A stretch of 62,843 bases of DNA, the filler included, from Collodictyon triciliatum (Eukaryota), in the NCBI GenBank assembly GCA_043381765.1. It is 6 parts of 6 records of this genome, joined end to end, with 100 filler letters (N's around TTAATTAATTAA, not from the genome) between each part and the next. Parts side by side here need not be neighbours in the genome. Positions count along the whole stretch, not along the records: positions 56,694 to 62,843 come from JBHJMP010002523.1; 5 more parts are not named here. One strand, given 5' to 3'. Both the position numbers and the translations under genes were made by a program. The notes below the pieces were generated by a model, which was not told the DNA's origin, ran no database searches, and worked only from the letters and a program-made list of their open reading frames with translations. Position 1 is the stretch's first letter, and every line of letters begins with the position of its first letter. Of the stretch, positions 56,825 through 62,843 are shown in pieces.

Positions 56825-57941
56825 GCATGGAGCGCAAGGACCTCCTTGAGCAGAACGGAGCCATCTTCACCACTCAAGGAAAGGTAGGCCACAGTCACAC
56901 AAATACAGAAGATTCCTCCACAATTCGAATATCCCCTACTTCTCTCTCTTCTGTCATATCCGCAGTGGTTCATTTTCGTACAAACATAGAAAGCAAGATG
57001 AGAAACAAAATATTCAAGGGATTATACATTGAAGCATCCCTTGCACTCATACATTTATTTCTCTTGGGTTACTCCTGAACGATTTCCCTCATTAACGAGC
57101 CATTTCTGTTGAGATTTTTTTTAATTACAACCTGCCCACCAACGACCCGATTTCCACTTCTCTCTCTCCTTCTCTCCCCACCAAGGCGCTCAACGCCGTC
57201 GCCAAGAAGAACTGCAAAATCCTGGTTGTCGGAAACCCGGCCAACACCAACGCCCTCATCGCCCAAAAGAACGCCCCGAACATCCCCGCCGAGAACTTCA
57301 CCGCCATGACCCGCCTGGACCACAACCGCGCTGTCTCTCAGGTCTGCTGTCGAATCACACCACCCATCCAATCACACCACATCACCCAACCACACCACAT
57401 CACCCAATCAGACATCATCACCCAATCACACATCATCATCAAATCACACCGCCCCCATCAGGTCGCACTCAAGACGGGCGCACACGTGTCGGAGGTGGAG
57501 AAGATCGTGGTGTGGGGCAATCACAGCAGCACGCAGTACCCGGACCTGTCGTACGCGACGGTGAAGGGCGTTTCAGCGAAGCAGGTGATCGGAGACGAGG
57601 AGTGGGTGCAGAAGACGTTCATCCCGGACGTGCAGCAGCGCGGGGCGGCAGTCATCAAGGCGCGCGGAGCCTCCTCGGCCGCATCGGCCGCCAACGCCGC
57701 CATCGAGCACATGCGCGACTGGGCGCTGGGCACGCAGGGCAAGTGGGTGTCCATGGCCATCCCCAGCGACGGCTCCTACGGCATCCCCGCCGGCCTCATC
57801 TACTCCTACCCCGTCACCTGCGCAAACGGCCGCTACGAGCGCGTCAGGGACCTGCCTGTCGACGCCTTCAGCCGCCAGCGCCTCGACGCCACCCGCGACG
57901 AGCTGGCCTCCGAGCGCGACTCTGTCCGCCACCTGCTCTAA
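56825..57941 (+). CDS. MDH1: Cytosolic-type malate dehydrogenase (5' truncated)
   Basis: Three exons: [71 protein letters not shown]. Confidence 0.96.
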
Positions 57942-58246
57942 CGCGCCACCCGTCACTGCCACCCATCACTATCATCCACAGGCGAAATGAAGCAACAACT
58001 TCCTTCCCGCCCGCCCGCCCGTACATGTTGCTTTCGTCGAGGTTTATTCTGGCCGCAGGATTGTGTGCGGGTGATTAGTCGGACGCCTGTCGTTGCTCCT
58101 CGGTTGCCGTTGTTGTAGTGTTTGCTCTTCTATGCGCGGGCAGAAGAATTGGGTGAGGGAAAGAAAGGAAAAGAAAAGGACGGGAGGCGGAGCAGAAGAG
58201 ACAGGCGCGGCTGCCTTGGCGCTCTCACTCAGTCACTCTCCTTTCT

Positions 58247-61200
58247 CTAGCGGCGGAGATGGATGACGTAGGTCAGGCAGTAGAACGTGCCCACGAGAAA
58301 GGCGCCGTAGAAGGCAAACATGGTGAAGAAGAGCCCCCACTTGTCGTTGTCGTCTGTGGGCATGTCGAACTGCTCGAGCAGGTCTGCGCCGTTGTTGATG
58401 GGGCACTCGCAGGTCAGCCCGGGCAGAGGCTGCGCGCACGTAAAGTCGAGGTCGCTGACCTCGTTGATGGTGAGGGCGGCCAGCGGGTAGCGGATGAAGG
58501 ACAGGTAGTACATCCAGATCCACGGGTCCGGGATGCTGTTCTTTGGCAGCAGGAAGCCCGAGAAGAGCGCCATGGCCGTCATTCCGATGGGCGCCACGCC
58601 GTTGGCCACCTCTGCGCTGGGCGACGACGCCGCGACAAACTGGCAGAACGAGATGGCTAGGATGTTGACCATAAAGTACGTCACGATAAAGAACCCGAAG
58701 CGGCTGCCTCCGTCCCCGTAGTTGAAGTCCACCATAAAGTACATCAGCAGCACGAAAATCATCATGCTCACAAACGCAAACGGAATCTCCACAATCACAC
58801 TCGCCAGAAAGTATGCCACGGGGCGGTAGTACCCGGCTGCTCGCTCGCGGTAGTAGACGTTGCGGTCGCTGATCAGCAGCGAGATCGACGAGATGGAGCC
58901 CAGGATGGCAAACAGCATGCAAAAGAACATCAGGCTCACGCGGTTGCGCGCCCCGCTCTGGTCGCCCGACAGGTCAAAGAACATCGACCCAATCACAAGG
59001 CCCATCATGATCGAGCGGAAGTTGCGTGCGCGGCGCACAAGCGGCCGTCGTGCGTAGCTCTTGAAGGCCCGGCGCAGATTCTCGGCAATCTGCCGCCCCA
59101 AAGGCTGCGCAAAGACCGTGCGGTAGGTCGGCGGAGTCACACCGGCCGGAGTCACGCCTGCACCGAGCGTATCGTCCAAATCTCGCAGGAACTGTGACTC
59201 CTGGAACGACTTGACAGCGTCGATGTGCGAGTACTCACGATGGTCAATGCCTGCACCCGTGGCCTCCAGGATAAAGTCGGCCGGGTTCTTGAATGGCGGA
59301 CACTTGGCTCCAAGCTTCTCAAAGTAGCCCAGCACCGTCGAGCAGTTCTCTCCCATCGGCCCAAAGTACACTTGCTGTCCGCGCCCGTTCAGAAGCAGCA
59401 GCCAGTCAAAGAGCTGAACAATCTCCACGCCAGGTTGATGAATCGTGCACATCACTGACCGTCCTCGATTTGCTACGGCGCGCACAAGACGCATGATGTT
59501 CTCGGCAGCCCCAGAATCCAGTCCAGACGTCGGCTCGTCCAGGAACAGCAGAATCGGGTTGCTCACAAGCTCCACTGCAATGTTGAGCTTCTTGCGCAGC
59601 TCAGGACTCAGCCCACTTCCAGGCACACCCACGACCTTGTCCTCAAACTCACGCAACCCAACCTCATCAATGATATCCTCCACCTGACGCATCTTTTGGT
59701 CCACAGACATCTCAGCAGGCAGTCTCAGCATGGCACTGAAGATGACCGCCTCACGAACCGTCTGTGTCTCTAGATGGATATCTTGCTGCTCTACATAACC
59801 GCTCATGCGTGGGAAGTACTCATTACGTGGCTGTCCATTAATCAGAAGATTCCCATCAATAATGCCGCCCGTCTTTCGGTTTGCAAGGATATCCAGCAGT
59901 GTGCTCTTGCCGGCTCCGGAAGGCCCCATCAAAGAGACAAGCATACCCGGCTTCACGTATCCGCTCACTCCCTTGAGAATGACCTTGCGCTCTACTGGTA
60001 CCTTCTTCATAAAGTATTTACCACCTGGGCAGTAGTCTCTGGGCTTCGGGTCGTCCAGCTTGATGTCCACAGCATAGCGGATATTTTGGAATGACATGTA
60101 TGCGCCGCGTGCGGTCGAGGTGGACCCGTACTTTTGCTCACGCCCAAGCAGACTCTTCTTTGTAGAAGTTTCCTCAGAGATGTTTTGAGCATCAGCAGAG
60201 AACTTGTCTCCTCCATCTTGATTACCACGAGCAGAAAAGCTGATCGGCACTCCGACCTCCGTCTGGGTCAAACTGTCGGCACGTTGACGTCCAACAGAGT
60301 TGGGATTCTTTTTCTTGCGGAAAAGAAGTTTCGCATCGTTCTCGCTGGTTCCGCTGCTCGGTCGAAGATACTGCAGAGCAAAGTATGTCGCCAAGGAAAA
60401 GATTCCAAAAAACAAAAACACCATGACCAGGCAAAAGTACTTTTGATTCTCGTTTTCTGTCTCCATGTCATACTTTTCAAGCATATCCTTTCCTTCAGTA
60501 ATCGGACAAATCAATGGAACATTGTCACAAATAATCTTTTCACTTTCCAGACACGAAATGTCTTTCAACTGGAAGAATTCATTCATGGCGAGTCCCTGTA
60601 AGCAAGAGCAAGATATTAGGCTTGTTGTCCAGTTGCAAAAAAAAATAAAAAAAAAAAGTAAAAAAATAAAAATAAAAATGCAACATAGGGTCTAAATCGA
60701 TGAAAAGCAGATTTATACGTCAAAGTTAACATACCTCCAAGCCGTAGCGGAACATAGAGATATGATACATCCAGATCCAGTAATCTGGAATGTCATCCCT
60801 CGGCAAGAGATATCCAGTCATCAAAAACATCAGCGCCAGTCCAGTGGGGGCAAGGGCGTTGGCAACCAGCAGAGATGGAGAGACGGCAGAAACCATACGG
60901 CAGAAGGCATTCGACGCAAGCTTTACAGAAAACATTTGGGCTGTAAAGAACATAAACGCACTTCCAGAGTCTCTGAGTCCGACAAGATAGTAGACTATCA
61001 CGGCAAACAAGAGAATCTCAATAAATGCGATAGGTATTTCAAATGTCAACGTCGAAAAGAAGTAAGCCTTGGTGCGGAAGTAGTACGTGCTTCTCTGGTG
61101 GTAAAAGACTTCTCTTTCTTCCAGCAGTGGAGGGATGGCTTGGAGAGCACCCATTCCTGAGAAGGCCAGACAAAAGAAGATCAAACCGAAGCGATTTTCA

Positions 61201-62720
61201 GTGTCCGCCTGATTCTTTCCCAGGTTCCAAAAAAGGGTTCCCATGAGCAACCCAAGAATCATACTGCGGACAAGACGAGTACGAACAACTTTGGCATCGC
61301 GAGACATGACAGTGCGAGTACGCTTGCAGATTTCGATGAATTGCATCCAGGTCGGGATGGCATACTTTGACCCGTAATCAACAACCATGTCAACGACTTC
61401 CTCCGGCGCAATACCCTTCCACAGAAGCTTTCCGACTTCTTCGTAGTAGGGCGAGTTCTTGTAGGCGCGGACAAGGTCCTTGGGGCCGTTTAACTTCGGA
61501 CGCTCACCATAGCCAGCAGGCTCCAGGTATTTTAGAGGAGTATCCGTGATTTCCTCTGCATAATGAAATGAAAGCGTATTTGTAATCACAGAAAATGCGG
61601 AGAGGAGTAATGTATAAACCCCTTTAAATTACTGGCCAGGGTCTGCAACTGCAAATATTTTCATATCCCTTTTCTATCGGGTAAATCATGGACTTACGAA
61701 AAAACTCGGCAGGATTCTTGATGGTTGGGCATCGCAACCCAAGACCAGCAAAGTAGTTGAGGGCGTCCTTGCTGGGGCCAAAGTAGGTGACTTCTCCGTG
61801 GCTCAGCAGCAGTAGTGTGTCAAACAGCCCAAAGAGCTCTACACCTGCTTGAAGCAGAGAACAAATGACACCAACACCAGAGTCGGCAAGATTCCTGGTG
61901 GCTTTGATCACCTATTATCATGCAATTAATTTTTCCAGTCCATAAACACTCAATTCAAACCTCCCGAATATATGAAAAGATATGGTGGCTGCTATTACAT
62001 CAAAGGCAGCAGCAGAGTCCAGCCCGGTCGATGGCTCGTCCAAGAAGAGGATTTGGCGGTTCAGCACGGCCTCAACACCGATGGTCACACGCTTCTTTTC
62101 ACCTCCAGAGACACCACGGAGCATCGTGTTTCCGACGATATTGTCTGCGACATGGCTCAGCCCAACCATCTTCAGAGTTTGAGTGACCTGCACAAACGAC
62201 GGCGTGTGTCAGTTGTTTGTCATTCAAGTTCGACGCGTGAAATTGGACAGAAATAATACAAAGAGATGAACAAAGGTAAATATGTTGCGATGGTTCGGAA
62301 GTGGCTTTCGTACGCGTCGGTCCTTCTCAGCGTCGCTAATCGAGGCGCGCAGACGCACAGCAGCACTGAAGCGGAAAGTCTCTCGGACAGTCAATGTTGC
62401 TACATAAAAGATGTTCATACAGAAATCAATACTGGTTGGAAGGGAAGAGTATGTGTTGTCGAAGAAATGCTACACTTCATGTTGTGCAACTATTCGATGC
62501 TAGCCTGGTTATATGAAAGGGAAGCAAGCAGAAACTCACGGATGTGGATATCCCGTTGGGAGACATAGCCAGCAATGCGGGTAAAGAAGCGGTCGCGAGG
62601 CTTGCCGTTGACGAGAAGCTCACCAGTAAAGTCACCCTTCTTGCGTGTTCCAGCCAGAATGTCAAAGAGCGTGGTCTTTCCCGAGCCAGGATGGCCAACA
62701 ATCATAATCATCATGCCGGG
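58247..62720 (-). CDS. Full-size ABCG/PDR-type transporter (NBD-TMD-NBD-TMD), 5' end beyond window
   Basis: NBD1 GHPGSGKTT, VSGGEKKRV, LDEPSTGLD, CSLLQ; TMD1; NBD2 GPSGAGKST, GYVEQQD, LSPELRKKL, LDEPTSGLD, CTIHQP; TMD2. Confidence 0.97.
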
Positions 62721-62757
62721 CTGTAGAATACAAAATAAGTAAATGACGAACAAAGAG

Positions 62758-62806
<49 letters not shown>

Positions 62807-62843
62807 AAAAAAAAAAAAAACACAACTTAGAGGAGGGAATGAT

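Noticed and set aside
57512-59700. Many overlapping antisense or alternative-frame ORFs over MDH and ABCG
   Set aside because: Expected shadow ORFs in high-GC3 coding sequence.

Overview
Intron-rich eukaryotic (protist-like, possibly amoebozoan) genomic DNA using the standard genetic code. The window is not one locus: six contigs are joined by identical 100-nt artificial linkers (N44-TTAATTAATTAA-N44), so adjacency across linkers means nothing. Spliced genes reconstructed by hand: Ric-8, Rab8, an FGD-like DH-PH-FYVE RhoGEF, a TMEM181/Wntless-like membrane domain fused to a class-3 lipase, an intronless internally duplicated polytopic membrane protein, an HMG-box protein, an RPEL-repeat protein, an LRR-PP2C phosphatase, Dim1/TXNL4A, a secreted mucin-like protein, HIS6, an NME8/9-type thioredoxin, a NIDO-LRR-Cys-rich-TM receptor, cytosolic malate dehydrogenase and a PDR-type ABCG transporter. 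The most notable signals are: (i) two apparently non-coding spliced host transcripts on the minus strand, one carrying recognisable box C/D snoRNAs (U25/snR56- and U43/snR70-type guides) and both carrying unassigned structured intronic RNAs; (ii) a receptor whose LRRs are each encoded by a separate same-phase exon, mostly 66 nt; (iii) the Wntless/TMEM181-lipase fusion. rRNA and protein family comparisons are from recalled sequences, not database searches.
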